Shown here: piece by piece, positions 1 to 14,478 of the stretch
Layout: each line of letters begins with the position of its first letter
How positions within the stretch are numbered: position 1 is the stretch's first letter
Origin: Sphyrna mokarran
Taxonomy: Eukaryota
NCBI GenBank assembly: GCA_024679065.1
Contig: JAGIQG010000014.1
Coordinates: 28,024,001 to 28,088,000 of the forward strand
Direction of reading: 5' to 3'
DNA: 64,000 nucleotides
The notes under the pieces: model-generated
Told to the model about the DNA's origin: nothing
The model's input: the letters and a program-made list of their open reading frames with translations, nothing else
The model's database searches: none
Position numbers and translations under genes: made by a program

Positions 1-142
1 GACACATGATTAGAAGATAATTTTTAGGGAAATTTCCATTGAGACGTAAATATTAAATTTAGAGGAAAGAAAAATAGACTCTTGTTATCTTATGTTATGA
101 AATGAGTCCAATTTGTCTATTGAATTATTGTGTTCATCAATC

Positions 143-340
143 ATGTGGAGATGCCAGTGTTGAACTGGGGTGGGCACAGTAAGAAGTCTCAACACCAGGT
201 TAAAGTCCAGCAGGTTTATTTGGAATCATGAGCTTTCAGAAAGCTGTTCCTTCATTAGGTAGTCATTTGCATCAGTCATCACCTGATGAAGGAGCAGCGC
301 TCCGAAGACTCGTGATCCCAACTAAACCTGTTGGACTTTT
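143..340. mobile_element. Palindromic Penelope-like pLTR-derived element with degenerate hammerhead-like motifs
   Basis: Arms aaagtccagcaggtttatttggaatcatgag...cttcattaggt and acctgatgaagg...cgtgatcccaactaaacctgttggacttt are near reverse complements; same sequence as the termini of the Penelope-like element at 35678-37810; aatcatgt on both sides (139-146, 348-355) may be a TSD. Confidence 0.7.
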
Positions 341-355
341 ATTACCTAATCATGT

Positions 356-1005
356 TTTGTTCCAATCAAGTCGATAAGGTTGTTAAGAAGGCATACGGAG
401 TCTTAGCTTTTATTGGTAGGGGGATTGAATTTCGGAGCCGCAACGTCATGTTGCAACTGTACAAAACTCTAGTGCGGCCGCACTTGGAGTATTGTGTGCA
501 GTTCTGGTCCCCGCATTATAAGAAAGATGTGGAGGCATTGGAGAGGGTACAGAGGAGGTTTACCAGGATGTTGCCTGGTATGGAGGGCAGGTCTTATGAA
601 GAGAGGCTGAGGGATTTGAGGTTGTTTTCGTTAGAAAGGAGGCGGCTAAGAGGGGACCTTATCGAAACATATAAGATGATTAGAGGTTTAGATAGGGTGG
701 ACAGTGATAGCCTTTTTCCTAGGATGGAGAAAGCTAGCACGAGGGGACATAGCTTTAAATTAAGGGGTGGTAGTTATAGGACGGATGTCAGAGGTAGGTT
801 CTTTACCCAGAGGGTGGTAAGGGTATGGAATGCCCTGCCTGCTGCAGTTGTAGATGCGCCAAGTTTGGTGGCGTTTAAGAGGTTAGTAGATAAATTTATG
901 GATGAAAAGGGAATGGTTTAGGTTAGAGGGTCATTGCTTTTTCTTAATTGGTCGGCGCAACATCGAAGGCCGAAGGGCCTGTTCTGCGCTGTTATGTTCT
1001 ATGTT
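356..1005 (+). mobile_element. 5'-truncated CR1 LINE (RT C-terminus plus 3'UTR)
   Basis: ORF 331-921 has LYKTLVRPHLEYCVQFWSP, ERVQRRFTRM, LFSLERRRLRGDLIETYK, FFTQRVVRVWNALP, typical of the CR1 ORF2 end; ends in gaagggcctgttct and tatgttc microsatellite tail. Confidence 0.93.
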
Positions 1006-2509
1006 CCTTGTGGGTGTCAAGCAAGTGCTACTGCATATTTTTAATGACTAAATCACAAACGCTGGTTTTATTGTGGAGGTAAGATTTTACAAGACTGAAG
1101 AGCAAATAGTCAGAAAGACAGACAAGCTTGCATTTATATAGCACCTTTTATGATTTCAGGATATAAAGTACTTTGCAGTGTTAGATCAGCTATCCCAATA
1201 TTATGAAGCCAGACTAGACATCAACAGTTTACTTTGAGGATAAAATGTTTCAATCCCAGTGCAGTTCTGACAAACTGGAATGCTTTTATCAAAAAAAAAC
1301 TTTATTTAACATATTTTCATCATAAAAAATAAATGAGGTTAACCTTTGACAATTGAACAATACTTAAACATGACAGGATACAAATTGCAGTTGCTAGTCT
1401 ATCAATATGAGTTCCAATTCGAGAAATATTTCTCTTGTAGACTTAAACAGTCTTTAAAACTAGTTAGCAAAACACAAACATAATTATTGTGACTTAAGTT
1501 ACCAGCTCTGGAGCTCTCAGAGAGAGACAGAGACACACTGTTTTCTTCTGGCAGCCTAGGCAGCAAATGCTTGCATTTTAAAATGAAACTGAAACAGTAT
1601 TTCTTCCCTGTAAGCTTAGCTTCTCCTATTAACCACGTGACTCGAACCTAAATAAACAAAGGGTCCATTAACTCTACAAAGTAGCACATTCTTAGCTAAA
1701 ATAAATTATTAGCTTGCATTCTTTGCATCTGCTGCATGCTTATCAGGTATGTAACAAAATATTGCCTCTTAACGAAATCCTACCCCACCGTAAACAGACA
1801 ATATAGCAAAGTAGCACAGTAGCCAGTAAAGTAGTTTTTAACGTGGTCGATGGTACTGTAGGAAGCATGGCACATTCTCACAGTCAGCACTGTGATAATG
1901 ACCGTATTCTATTCTGTGCGATGTTGATGCATATTCTGTTCTCTTTAGAATAATGCTGTGGGATCTTATACGTCCTTCAGTATGTAGATGGAGACTCAGT
2001 TTAAAACCTCATCCAAAATACGATGAGGAAGAATTCAAATGTTATGGATAAATCTTTGGCATTGCCACTTGCATTCCAAATGGAAATAAGTTTCTGGCAG
2101 ATGTTATATGACCTGCTGAGCATCTACAGCTTTTGTTTTCAATTTGTAGTATTCGCAACTAATTATACTTTTTGTGTGTGAATTTAACAAATGCTTCAAC
2201 AAAATCAGTTTTGATATCTGATATATTGCACAAGGTTTAGTGGAATGCAGTAAAACCTTATTTTACAGTCAAAAGTTGCAATGTTGCAAACACACAATGA
2301 ATAGTGCTTAATTAGTTTGACAGTGAAAATATAATTATGTTTATCTAAATCTTAATTAAGGTTGCTGCTAATTTGATCAATCATTTGCTTGCTTCCTTGT
2401 TCCTGGCAAAATATTTTTTCACTCTCATTCCAGGAGCTATGTATAATATTCCCCTGGTTTAAATCCTACAAGTTCAAGGGATGCAGATTTTGGCCTATGT
2501 AGTGGGCAT

Positions 2510-2820
2510 TGGGTGGCAAGGTGGCACAGTGGTTAGTATGTTACCTCAGTTCTAGAGACCTGAGTTTATATCAGATCTCTGGTGACTGTGTGGAGTTTGC
2601 ATATTCTTCCTTTGTCTGCATGGGTTTCCTCTGTGTGCTCTGGTTTCTTCCCACAATCCAAAAATGTGCAGGTTAGGTTGACCGTGGTAAATTGCCCCAC
2701 TGTGTCAGGTGATGAGTAAGGGTAAATACGCGTAATTAAGGGGATCGAGCCTGGGTGGGATTGTGGTTGATGCAAACTCGATGGGCCCAATAGCCTCTTT
2801 CTGCACTCTATGAATTCTAT
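2510..2820 (+). mobile_element. tRNA-derived V-SINE (HE1-like)
   Basis: ggtggcacagtggttag head, V-domain gtgtggagtttgc..ttct...gggtttcctc...ttcccaca.ccaaa, CR1-like 3' tail. Confidence 0.8.
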
Positions 2821-4676
2821 AAAGAATAGAATGGTTAAGGTCGAGAAGGAGATCGTCTATTATTCAACTAACTTTGTGTTCTTGCTGCCACTTTTTTTTT
2901 TGTTTTATTCTGTGGGCAAGTCTATTATGTGGCATGTTATTAAATGCCTTTCAGAACTCCATGCATCCTAGACCAACCATGTTATCCTCATCAATGATCC
3001 ATTTCTCAAAAGAATTAAATGAAACAAATCTAAAAGCTTTCCAACCACTGAGATTAAAGTGACTGGCTTATAATTTGTTTTTATTCATTCATGGAACATA
3101 AGTTTAATGGACTATTTGGGAGGCCAGGATAGGTACTGGGGGGGAGGTTGACAATGACAGTAGTCTTTTTTAAATTCATTTGTGGGACAAGAGCGAAGCT
3201 GGCTGGCCAGCATTTATTGTCCATCCATAGTTGCATTGCGATATTTTGATCAAATACATACTCCACACTGAACCCAGTCAGTATTGGTGGATTTCTCCTC
3301 AGGATCCCCCAGGTGATTGTCACATGAGAGTTTCCAAACTCTCTAAGGACATGCGTCTCTTAGCGGTTTGCATTCCGAAATCCAGTCCATGTTTTCCAAA
3401 TGCCACTTTTAAATAAAGCTTCTCCACTTTTTAACAACAAATCCTGTCTAGGATTTTACACTAACTGCTTTGGGATTTCCTTGTCGTGACTGCTATACAA
3501 ACTGTTCACAAATGCTTTAACTCTTGATTCCCAGACAATTAAAATGACATCAAAACATTTCATCTATCTCAAGTCTGCTGCCCCACTTTATATTTTACTA
3601 CTGCAATTTTCTTAACTTAGAACACTTTATTTACTCTTCCTTCAAGTCTTTTGAACAATACCTTGGTCTCTTGTTCTCTTAACTTCTGGTGTCTTAGCCA
3701 GGGAATTGGGACAGAAAGTTTATCTGGATTGTTTATCTGAGGAAATTTGCATTTTTGCAACTCCATTGTTCTGTTCACCCTCTGCTGGCAGAGTTGAGAG
3801 AGGTCCACTCTTAAGGAGTCTTGTCTCTAACTGTCCACAAATTCAACTGAAACTTAAAAGCTTTTTTACTTTAGAAGGTCACAGTCACCAAGCAACCACT
3901 GTTGGTTTATTTATTTTTCATACCATAGTCCTCTCAAAAATACAATGGAAACATCATTGGAATTTAACCACTTTCTATGCACAGAAACATCTTTATCGAA
4001 ACATGAACCTAACTATATGTTTTACCCTTCTAGGTACATAAACACTAAACACAGTTAAAATGATACCTTATTTCTAATGTTTATCAATGCACATCTAACT
4101 TCCTTAAAACTACCTTTGTGAAGCTATGGCCCACCCCCAGCCAGTCTTTAAAGGTGATGGTGCAGAGAAATAACCAGAGTAGAATGTTACAAGTGCATTG
4201 TCATGATTTCATGAAGTGAATATCAGTGATATTTTCCTGTAGGTAATTTTGTTCTGTTTTAATATCCCTAGTACTGAGAACTGATGAATGTGCTGAAGGT
4301 CAAGACAATGTGCTGGCTTCCTCTGGTACTCCAAGAACCAAACACAGTGGTAAGGGGTCACCAATAAAATGACTGTCTTTAACTTTTTCGTTTGTGTACT
4401 TTTTATAAAATCCAACCTCTCTCGTACGTCAGTGATTTGACAGTTGCCTGTTTTTGTGACGAGATTAACAAATGTATATGCTGAAGAAGCAGACTTCACA
4501 TATTGGGATCAGAATGATGTAGAATAATTCTGTGAACACTCCAACTGCTTCTAATGTCATGTCCTCTGAAACACCGCCAGGATGATAGAAATGTAATAAT
4601 TTGTTGAATTTTGGTAAATTTAACGAGTACATGTTTGACTAGTACTTACTGAGTAGCTTTTTTCTTTGACTTGTAG

Positions 4677-4758
4677 ATGATGTGTTCCTTCCCAAAGACA
4701 TTGATCTTGACAGTGTGGAGATGGATGAGACGGACCGTGAGGTGGAACATTTTAAGAG
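4677..4758 (+). CDS. FAM193B: FAM193 family C-terminal domain, penultimate coding exon ((D)DVFLPKDIDLDSVEMDETDREVEHFK-R)
   Basis: Pyrimidine tract + ttgtag acceptor (ends 4676); translation matches the conserved FAM193 C-terminal motif; phase-2 end at a GCAAGT donor. Confidence 0.88.
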
Positions 4759-5079
4759 GCAAGTAAAGAGAGGAAAAACTGATGTGTCTAATAATTAAAT
4801 AGAGATTGGGACAGGAACAAATTTGATCAGTATTCTTTATGTGAGAAAGGAAAAATTCTTTTTCTGCTTTCCTAATTAACAGAAATATCCAGCTAATCTG
4901 AATATTCATAGTTGGTATCTTGTAACCTTGCTTACAGAAAAGGCTCTGCAATTGCCTTTTCACTTTCTTCCCCTCTCATCCTTCAGCTGTTCACTGGCTC
5001 TTTGTTATTTTGGCTTGAATCCTAACTTGTTCAGTCTCACTCTCTCTTTGGTTTTTACTTTCTTCTTCCTTTCCCCTTG

Positions 5080-5235
5080 GCCCCACTTGCTTGCCCTCCC
5101 CTTTATGGCCCCGCTCGCTCGTTAGCCTTTCCGCTGGCCCCGCTCGCTCGTTTGCCTGTCCTTCCCCGGCCCTGCTCGCTCGTTTGCCTGTCCTTCCCCG
5201 GCCCCGCTCGCTCGTTTGCCTGTCCTTCCCCGGCC
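5080..5235. repeat. CpG-rich 32-bp minisatellite (ccccggccccgctcgctcgtttgcctgtcctt) in the FAM193 intron
   Basis: Units start at 5164 and 5196 (period 32), with degenerate units upstream. Confidence 0.9.
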
Positions 5236-6396
5236 AAGTGTTGGCACTCACCCTTGATCTTTGTAGAAAGATTCAAACTAACTTGTTACAATACCCCTGA
5301 TGAGAATTTCCCTGAACAATAGGAGGGTTCCCTCAGGAGTTGGGTCTTGGCCTAGCTTTGCCATTTACTGTAAAATGAAATAAACAGTGGAGCACATGGA
5401 TAAATGCCATCTCGTACTGACTGGAGCAATTTGCACATCCAAAAGATGCATTAAGTTGTTTAAGTGACAGTCATTTTTACAACACTACTTGTGTGCAGGC
5501 AGTAATTTAAAGTGACTTAACAATGAACACAAAAATTTCAACAAATATTTTAGTCGCATAAATGATATCTGAATCATGTTTTTAAAAAAAAATCATCTAA
5601 AATTAATTAAAAAGGGAGATAACCATTCAGGATCATGTAAACATTTGTGTGAGTTTGAGGAGCATTGTAAAATCTCAACTCAGCCATTTTGAAAGTTGAC
5701 GTCATCTTTCCTGAACCAATCCTTATTAAATATTTGCATATTGACGGAGGAGGCTCTTTTCACCTCAAAATACCAGCATTCAAATTGTTGGCTTTCAGTG
5801 AGCAATTACTCCAAATTCATGCCATTGCCATTCCCTGTTTCATCGCAGAGTTAAATTTGGAGCAGCACAGAATGACCCACCACAGTTTTGAGGTTTTTAT
5901 GCGATGCACTCCTGAAGTTGCTGGCACTTCTGCATCATCGTAATGATGGACACGCTAACAACTTTTTGACTTTTACCCCACAATTTGACTCTGATTCCAG
6001 AGGAAACCACGTCTTTGGAGGAAATAGAATTGATGAAATTTTCAAGGAAATATTTTAGTTACAATGGAAGCATTTAACAAAAAAGAAGAAGCATTGTAAA
6101 TATCAATTAAGGCTATGATTGGCTGCTGTTGGGTACCTGCTTCAATCACCGTATTAGAATACTTTTCACTGATTGCTAATACATGTGACGATAATTAATC
6201 AAAAAAATTGTTACTCTCTTACTCATTTATGATTTCATGGTTGATGTTTTTCACTTCATTTGGGATTTTACTTTCATCCTTGTTTTGTTTGAAAACTGCC
6301 AAGACCAACTTTTTGTCTATTTATGTGGGAAATATAGCTGTGCTGTTTCAGAAATCTATTTGTGAGCAACACTTTCATGAAACAAAACTGCTGTGA

Positions 6397-6543
<147 letters not shown>

Positions 6544-9500
6544 AGATGACACCACACTCCTGCCTAATGGAAACTGGAATTGTCTTGCAGTTAACACATT
6601 CCTTACTGTAATGGGTATTGGCCTGCTCTCCCAAGTCAAAGAATTTGCTGTGATGTATAAACAACTTGCTGTGATGTCATCCACAACCAGTGCCTTAGCC
6701 AGAAGAAGTGCATATTTCTAACTGGGTGGCACAATTATCTCTTGGGTTGGTTTATTGCGCTTTATGGTCATTGTAAGAAAATGTTTGTCAATAATTCTGA
6801 CACCAGTGGAATAAGTCTGAATTTCAGTAGAAACCAATAACACAATTTTATAGATGGATAATTGATTTTTCCTAAATGTTTTTTAGGGGAAGAGTCAGAT
6901 GAAATGTGAAGTAGGATTTTATTTTTGTCTGTCAAATAGACAATAAGCCAAGGCCAGGCAAGTTTCGTGGCACTTACGAAAGGGATTGAAATATATCTCT
7001 TGTACTGTGAGCTATTATGGGATTGACTTTTAGGAGAATGTTGTACTCTTAATTATAAGCAAAATCGGCCAGCTTAAAGATCAAATAAAATTCACTACTT
7101 AATTTTGCACTGCCGTAAATGTAGTTTTACCTAGTCCCCTGTGAAGAAATGTACGGTAAGTGCCATCTTGGAAATGTTTAGTGAGAAGGACTGTAAAGGT
7201 ACATGATTCAGCGATACAGCCAAAGTCCACAGTCAATACCTTTGGGTTTTTTGTAATAAACTGGAAAAAAAGTGCTTTTTGATTATCACAAATTATCTTC
7301 CCAACTCTAAAACTCAGACATATGTGTATTTGTAGAATTAAAAGTAAATCAAGGGGGTGGAGAGATAAGATTCTATCATTACTTTCAAAACTGACATCTA
7401 GGTTAAAGTTTGCCACCTGTTTTCCTGACTAAGCACGACTGAACCTCATTATGAATCTGTGATGAAATTGAATAGTGATGAGGGAGGAAATTGCTATGGT
7501 CCCAATTAAACTAGCATTTCAAATTAACTTTGAAGGAAAATATTCTGACCTTTTTTTTTGTTGGCCTTTAGATATATTACCCAGCAATATTGTTGACAAT
7601 AGTTAATGGAAAATCCAAATAGTATGCTGTAAAGAAAAAGGCTTGTGGATAATAGCACTAATTGTGCAATGTGCCCATTATTGTTCAGATCATATACTTA
7701 AATTGAAAACCTTATTTTAGCATTTTATCCCATATAAAAACTGTCTTTCCCTTAATTACAGTACCAACTCAAAAGTGCACATTTCTTATTTTGACAACTA
7801 TTTTTTTATTAAAAGCTACTTTTGGCACCAAACCAATATGGGTTGTCAGTCCATTTGGAGAGCAAATTTCTGATGACTGTTATCTGTCACATTGAGTGCC
7901 AGCATTAATCACAGCTTGGTTATGATCTGAAAATCAAATGTTGCCAATGTACTGTGGTTGGAAATGATAAGCAAATATGAAAAAGCTACATTTTTTAGAG
8001 GAAAAGTTGCAACTACCATTTTGAATTACAGCATTGGGGTAATAGAGCCCATCTTCAGTTTGTGAGATCATCCAATCATTGTGGTGCAGTGCTGCTCTCA
8101 TCCAGTAAATTAATTGCACAATGATCTTGCACATTGATCAGACACTTTGATCACAAGCCCATTTGAATTGCATTCAGTACAAAGTGCTGCATTTGTCTGT
8201 CAACATTTGAGCACACTTTTAATCTGATGATCTCGGCTATATTCTCACTTTTTAATTAATCCTGTTCCTTGAGTTGCTGCCACATACCAGCCAAGTATAA
8301 GATTGCAATTGCCAGAAAGAAAGGAAGTGATTTGGGCCATGTAGTATCTTCATGGCGAGTAAGTATTAACTGCTGAAATTAATGGTGACAACCAGCTGGT
8401 TGGTATCTTCCTATGTCATGGAAAAGACCACATTTTGCAGTGTGTTATACTGTAAGTAAAAGGCTTCCTACTACACCACCATATTGGAGTGTGTAGTGGT
8501 GACTTATTTATATATATATATAAAAAATACACACGCATAAATACATATATATATAAATACCCGTAGTGGCCGATCCACTTTCATATCATGGTCAGTTTCA
8601 AACTTGAATGGAAATTGATCATTTACAATAAACTTTATATATGTGTTTAGAAACCACGTTGTAAATATCTTGTGCATAGTGGTGTCGGGTGCAGAGTGAT
8701 GCACATCTGCACATTACAGACTGACAAAAAAACTTTATATTCAAGTGTTTTTATCTACTTCAATAACTCTTGGTAAAATAAATCGGCTATAATCGTTGTA
8801 AAGTTCATTTTATGTGAAGATTAAATAAAGTCGTCACCAATGTGATGGAAACTGAATGAAAACTTTTGTTGTGTATTAGTGACTGTGGTTGGGTTTGCAT
8901 TGTAACAGATGACTCATTTCATCCTCTACTTTTCAGTGCTGTCAACAGTTCATATTTGTCACATTGCCAGGGTATGCACACCAGCATCACTGTACCTTTG
9001 CATTTATTGTATTTGATTTGGTTTGTTTTTAAAATCCTGTGACTTGGTTATGTAACCTGTTTTTACCACAGCCTTAATCTATCTTTTTTGAGACAGTTTG
9101 CTTGTTACATTTGTAATTTTCTTTTAGTATACTCTAATGAATATTACTCTTAAAAAAAAAAATCAGTTTAGCCTGTATCAGGTGGCCCTCGCTTTCAATC
9201 TTAGCTCATCTTTGCATTGTAAAGATATGAACGTAAAGATTGGTGTATAATTTTCACACCTTACTGACCTTGCAGGAAAAAACGGTTTAATTTGAAATAT
9301 AAATTTAACTTCAGAATAATGTCATTAGTAGAGGAATGTACCTGAGAACATGAAAATCTATTTTATGATGTAAGGTCTTTCTCAAATTTGCAACACAAAT
9401 GTTTGCGGAAGTGACACCCACCTACTGAAGTAGGTTTCACTTAAGGGTCATGATATCAAAGCCTAATTCTAAATAGTTTCAATTTCCAAGATGTGACATC

Positions 9501-10445
9501 TTGCCATATTGATTTGTCGTTAAATGTCTGTTTAAATTGTATTTTTTTGTTCTATTGTATGTACCTTTATTTTATATTGTAATAAGAACATTTTTATCTA
9601 CTTAAAACCAAAAATTGTTTGTTTTATATGATTTCCTGGCATTAGCCAGCTTTAACAACAACAGAATGGTGTAAATTGTTAACTATGAAAATGATGTAGG
9701 TTTGTACTATGCCAGCTGAGTCTTTTTGGCATCCTTTTTTAAATTATGTATGTGAATTGTCTTTCTTTTGAAAGATAAATATAATAACTTGATGAAGATA
9801 TGTGTGCTTGTTCTTCAGAGATTTCTTTTGCACCAATTGTAGACCAGAAAGGTACGAAATTATAAACCTGTAGGTTTTGACATGTGTTTGCTGACAAGTG
9901 GGAAGTTGGGTAAGAGGAATGTTGATTTGATGGCAAGCTTGCTCTTTAATATAAATTCAGTTTAATTTTCTATATGCTTGCTCTTTTAATCTGATATTCC
10001 TGAGACCAGCATTTAAAGGTGTATGTGATAGAGAGAAATGATTACTTTCCTATTGCAATAGGTTAAACCCAAGATTATAAGAACCGGATGTGGTTGACAG
10101 CAGCCATGAAGGTGTCCACTTTCTCTAACACAAAACACGTAGGTCCTGATGTATTATTGTGCACAACTGAAAATTTCTCTTTCTGGACTGAAGTTGAATT
10201 GTAACTTGGTGTATCAGTTTGGATGAGTGAAATTATTAGGAAGGTCATGCACTCTTTGGACTTCATAGAATCTTTTCCTGAAGTCAACATTTTCAGGGAA
10301 GGTGAAAAAAAATTACACTTTCCATTGGTTTTGAATATAATCTTGAACAACGTTATATTCAAGATATTTGGATTTTGTGCATTGTATAATTCTAAATATA
10401 TATACTATACAAGAGTTTAATTAACATTTTCAAAAATAAATTCCA
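6544..10445 (+). other. Probable long 3'UTR of FAM193B with several candidate polyA signals
   Basis: About 3.9 kb AT-rich stretch with no recognisable interspersed repeat, unlike the flanks; AATAAA at 8777, 8824 and 10435, the last followed by GT/T-rich sequence. Confidence 0.5.
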
Positions 10446-13139
10446 CTATCACCTTGTTAAGAAAAATGAAGGCTTCATTTTTCTCAGTTTAGTTTCTAGG
10501 GTGGATTAGAGTCTGTTCCACTTGTGTGGCTATTTTTTGGGTCAGTGTGGAGTTTGTTTGAGTGGCACATGACATGTTCAGCAACCAGGTGGAAGAAGTC
10601 TCTGTGCTTTTGGTTCCCAGTATTCCGGCCTCAAGTTAGTCCTAGGGGTTAGGTTTTCAGAATATTGTCTTGCAGCTTGCATTGCCTTTTATTATGTACC
10701 ACAAATTTGATTATTTTCTGACCTCGTTGTGCTGGAGCTCTTTGGAAATATTTATGTATGTGTTTAGTCTGTGTTTACTTACAGGCTCAATGCAACTGCT
10801 TCTAGCCAAGAATGGAGTAAGATTGAAGTAGAATTATAAGTTGGTTGCAGTACAGAGAATGCTGTTTGTTCCTTTGTGTGCATGCATCTCTACAAACTCA
10901 ACTAGTTCCACTCTCCTATGCCTGTCTCATTATGCTCAAGTTTTTTTGTTATGGTGCTTATTCCAATTCCATTTGGAAAGCCAAGTAAATCTGCCTCCGC
11001 CACGCTTGAGCAGTGCATTGTACACCCTAACCATTTAGTTTTTAAGTATTTTCCTCATTTCCTTGTTTATTCTTTTGCTAATTATAAACTCTGGTTCTTG
11101 ATCTTTCTATCAATGGAATAGTTTATCTTTATCCAGATCTCATCATTTTGACCCCTGCCAAATCTTCACATCTTTCCTTTAAGTTGAACAACGTAGTACA
11201 ATATCTGTCTATATAATTGAAGCCCTTAATCCCTTGAATCGTTCTCGTAAATCTTTGTGTCTAGAATTGAACACAGTACTCTAGTTGCAGCTGAACTGGT
11301 TTGCTTTTACAAAAGTTCACTAATTTCCTACTTTCATACTATGGCTGTATCATAAAGCCTAGAGTCCTGTGTGCCTTTTAAACCACTTTTTCTTACACTT
11401 TGCATAAGGTTTCATCTGTCTTATTCTACTAGTCTGTCTATACCCTCTTCAAGTCACTATCCTCACAGTTCATAAACCCTCCAAGTTTTGGATTATCTGC
11501 AAATTTTAAAATTGTGCTCAGCACACACAAGTCTAGGTTATTAATGTAGATCAAGAAAATGAATGAATCAAGAACTGACTCCTTGAGGCGAATTATAATC
11601 CAGGCCCCTTTTCGGGACTTTTCTGGATCAAATGTACTCTTGGATGATCACTGTCACTCAAAGTTGAGAAAGACCAGTTTTGTAAACACAATAGATCCGA
11701 ATAGCTGATCTAATTATAAAGGAAAGGAATCATCTGAGAATATTACTATCCTGCACATAGTCTTTATAACATGTTGCAGCTGGAGTATGACAGCTCACAT
11801 AAAAGTCTGAGCATCTGCATGAACTGGCAAGGGAGAATCCCTTGAAGACGCCCCTAGTCAGGAAACATCTCTAGAATCAGACTGGAGGGCTGAGGTATTC
11901 AGGTTTATTCATCTGATCCTTAAGTTGATGGCTTCTGCAAATTCTTTTTCAGGAATGACGCTTCTTAAAATATCTCTGAACTCTTGTTGAATTATCTTCT
12001 GAGCAATTGTCAACTAGGGGTCCACAGCCTGCTACAATCAAGTCAGCAGGAATGAATCAAATCCTCTCTTTATCCCTCTCCTGTGATGGTTATCACAGTT
12101 TCCGTTTAAAAGGGAGATGATATTACCAAATATTTAACGGTATATAGCTTGGTGTAAAAAAAAAGGCAGGTTTTACTGCTAAAACTTACCCAGATAATTT
12201 ATTAATAAAAGGTTTACAATGTACAAGCATGTCTAACTATCCACAAATGTAATTACAACACAATACTTCACACAAAATAAAGTAAAACCCTATAGTATAT
12301 CAGATATTCATAGTTGGTCAATTATCAAGGCAGAATAAAAATATTTGTAATGCATTGCATGTTTTATCTGTCTTCTTGTACTTTATATTGTGGGGTTTCA
12401 GGGTCCATTGACCTGTGACAGCAGTAAAGAACAATTGCAATGTTGATCACATCCTGTGTCTGCTTGTGTACTGATTGATTTAGAAAGATACCAGGACTGA
12501 AAACATGAGCCTCTCACCAATTTCTGAATGTTATTTACAGTGGAGAAGTTATCCTGCAGATTTGATAATTGATTGGCAGCTGTAAAGTTGGGCTGTGCAG
12601 AAATGATGACAAAGAACTACAACTGGTAGAAATCCCATGCTACCTTCATGTCACTTTTATGTGGAAGTCATGACAATATATATACATGGACACACTTCTA
12701 TATCTTTCCTATTTTCGTTGGGACAATCCACACATGCAAGAACAATGTTGAATGCAGTAACAACATTGAATAGTTAAGACTTCATAAAGCATAAGCTTGA
12801 GGCATAAAGCCCAAGTGTGTCGCTTCTCCCCATGTCTCTTTAAAAAAACCTACATACAACTAAGTCAGTATGTAGTCCATGAGCTTGGGGGTTGGGCTGC
12901 TGAGCTGTCCCAAGTATATAGTTACACCAGGTGGCTGTGCTTGCATTCAGTTTATTGTTCACATAGTGGATGACATCAGCCTTACCTGGGGTGTGCCCAG
13001 AGGCTGCAGGACTTGAGGCAACTGCAGGAGGGAGCTCTATCTCCACCAGGGCAGGGGATGAAAATCATGGACTTGGTGTATCAACCTCTGTGTCAGTTGT
13101 TGATGCTGGTTTGGGTAACTGTAAAGTTTTAAACTTTAA

Positions 13140-13470
13140 AGATTACTTATTAGTGTCACAGGTAGGTTTACATTAACACTGCAATGAAGTTACTGTGAAA
13201 ATCTCCCTGTTCAGATATACTGAGGGAGAATTTAGCATAGCCAATGCACCTAACCAGCACATCTTTTGAATGTGGGAGGAAATCAGAGACATGGACAAGT
13301 TGGGCCAAAAGGCAAGTTTCCATGCTATGAAACTCTGACTCCATGATCTGGAAAAAACCTATGTAAACACGGGGAGATTCCATGCAGATTCCACACGGAC
13401 AGTGACCCAAGCCAGAATTGAACCTGGGTCCTTGGCGTTGTGAGACAGCAGTGCTATCCATTGTGCTGCC
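13140..13470 (-). mobile_element. V-SINE (HE1-like)
   Basis: Reverse-complement V-domain (ccacacggacagtgacccaagcc...gaacctgggtcc...ctgtgagacagcagtgcta). Confidence 0.75.
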
Positions 13471-14195
13471 TGTGCCATTCCTGCCTATAATAGATGACAC
13501 TGGTTCCTGACATGTAGGGTGCCTTCTGATATGACCATGTAATTGTTTGTCAGGTGGAGGGGAGGGGGCATGTGATTGTGGATGGTGTCCATCATTAGCC
13601 TTTGTGGATGCCATGTGCAGTAAAGTATCTCTTCAGCTTTCCAATTATTGTGGTGCTTTTCATGTTGAGTAAGTAATCCACTTCATACTATTCTCAGAAT
13701 GGATCGACCAGGACCAGGTGCTATCACCCATTCCACTCAAATATATTGCTTAGTGAATGAGCGTGGAAGGTCTGGGAGCTCACGGAGGTGCTGTGGTTCT
13801 TTGATTTGATGAGGCTTCAGCATGTTGCACTGGGGACATCAGAACACCCCCGGGTGTCTTTGATGATGTTGAAGGAGTGCAATATTGTTGACCATGCTGT
13901 TACAATGTAGCTGAGGATGTAATTTATAACTAGGACTGTTCAGCGCTGTAATGGAAGCAGTAAAATTAATAAAAGAGATTCACTGATGGAGGTTCAGAAA
14001 GTTTAGGCATGCATTTGTAGAGTGACATATTGGCAAGGAAAGGAAGGTTGGAAATGGAGCAGTAATATGCAAGTACTACTCATTAACTGTTCTTCAGCAT
14101 AGTTAAGGAGTTGCTTGCTTGTCCTGTTCACACAGGTCTTAAAAACTCTATAGAGTCCTGTGCATTTCCAGTGGTTGATAGAGAGGAACATCCAG

Positions 14196-14478
14196 TTGGG
14201 CAGCACGGTGGCACAGTGGTTGGTACTTCTGCCTCTCTCGACCTTGGTTTGATTCCTGGCTTGGGTCACTGTCTGTGTGGAGTTTCCTCCCACAGTAAAA
14301 AGATGTGCAAGTTAGATTGATTGGCCATGCTAAATTGTCACTTAGTATACTGTGATGTGTAGGTTAGAGGGATTGGCAGGGTAAATGTGTAAGGTTTAGA
14401 AATAGGGCATGGGTGGGATTGTTGTCCATACAGACTTGCTGGGACGAATGGCCTCCTCTGCGCTGTGAGATTGTATGT
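14196..14478 (+). mobile_element. V-SINE (HE1-like)
   Basis: gggcagcacggtggcacagtgg head, internally deleted V-domain, ttggccatgctaaattg, CR1-like tail. Confidence 0.78.

Noticed and set aside
4991-5322. Repetitive ORFs on both strands
   Set aside because: Translations of the 32-bp intronic minisatellite; GCTCGCTC is too short to call an AAV Rep-binding element.
5295-5340. CTGATGAG suggesting a hammerhead or C/D box
   Set aside because: No stem II followed by GAAA and no supporting terminal stem.
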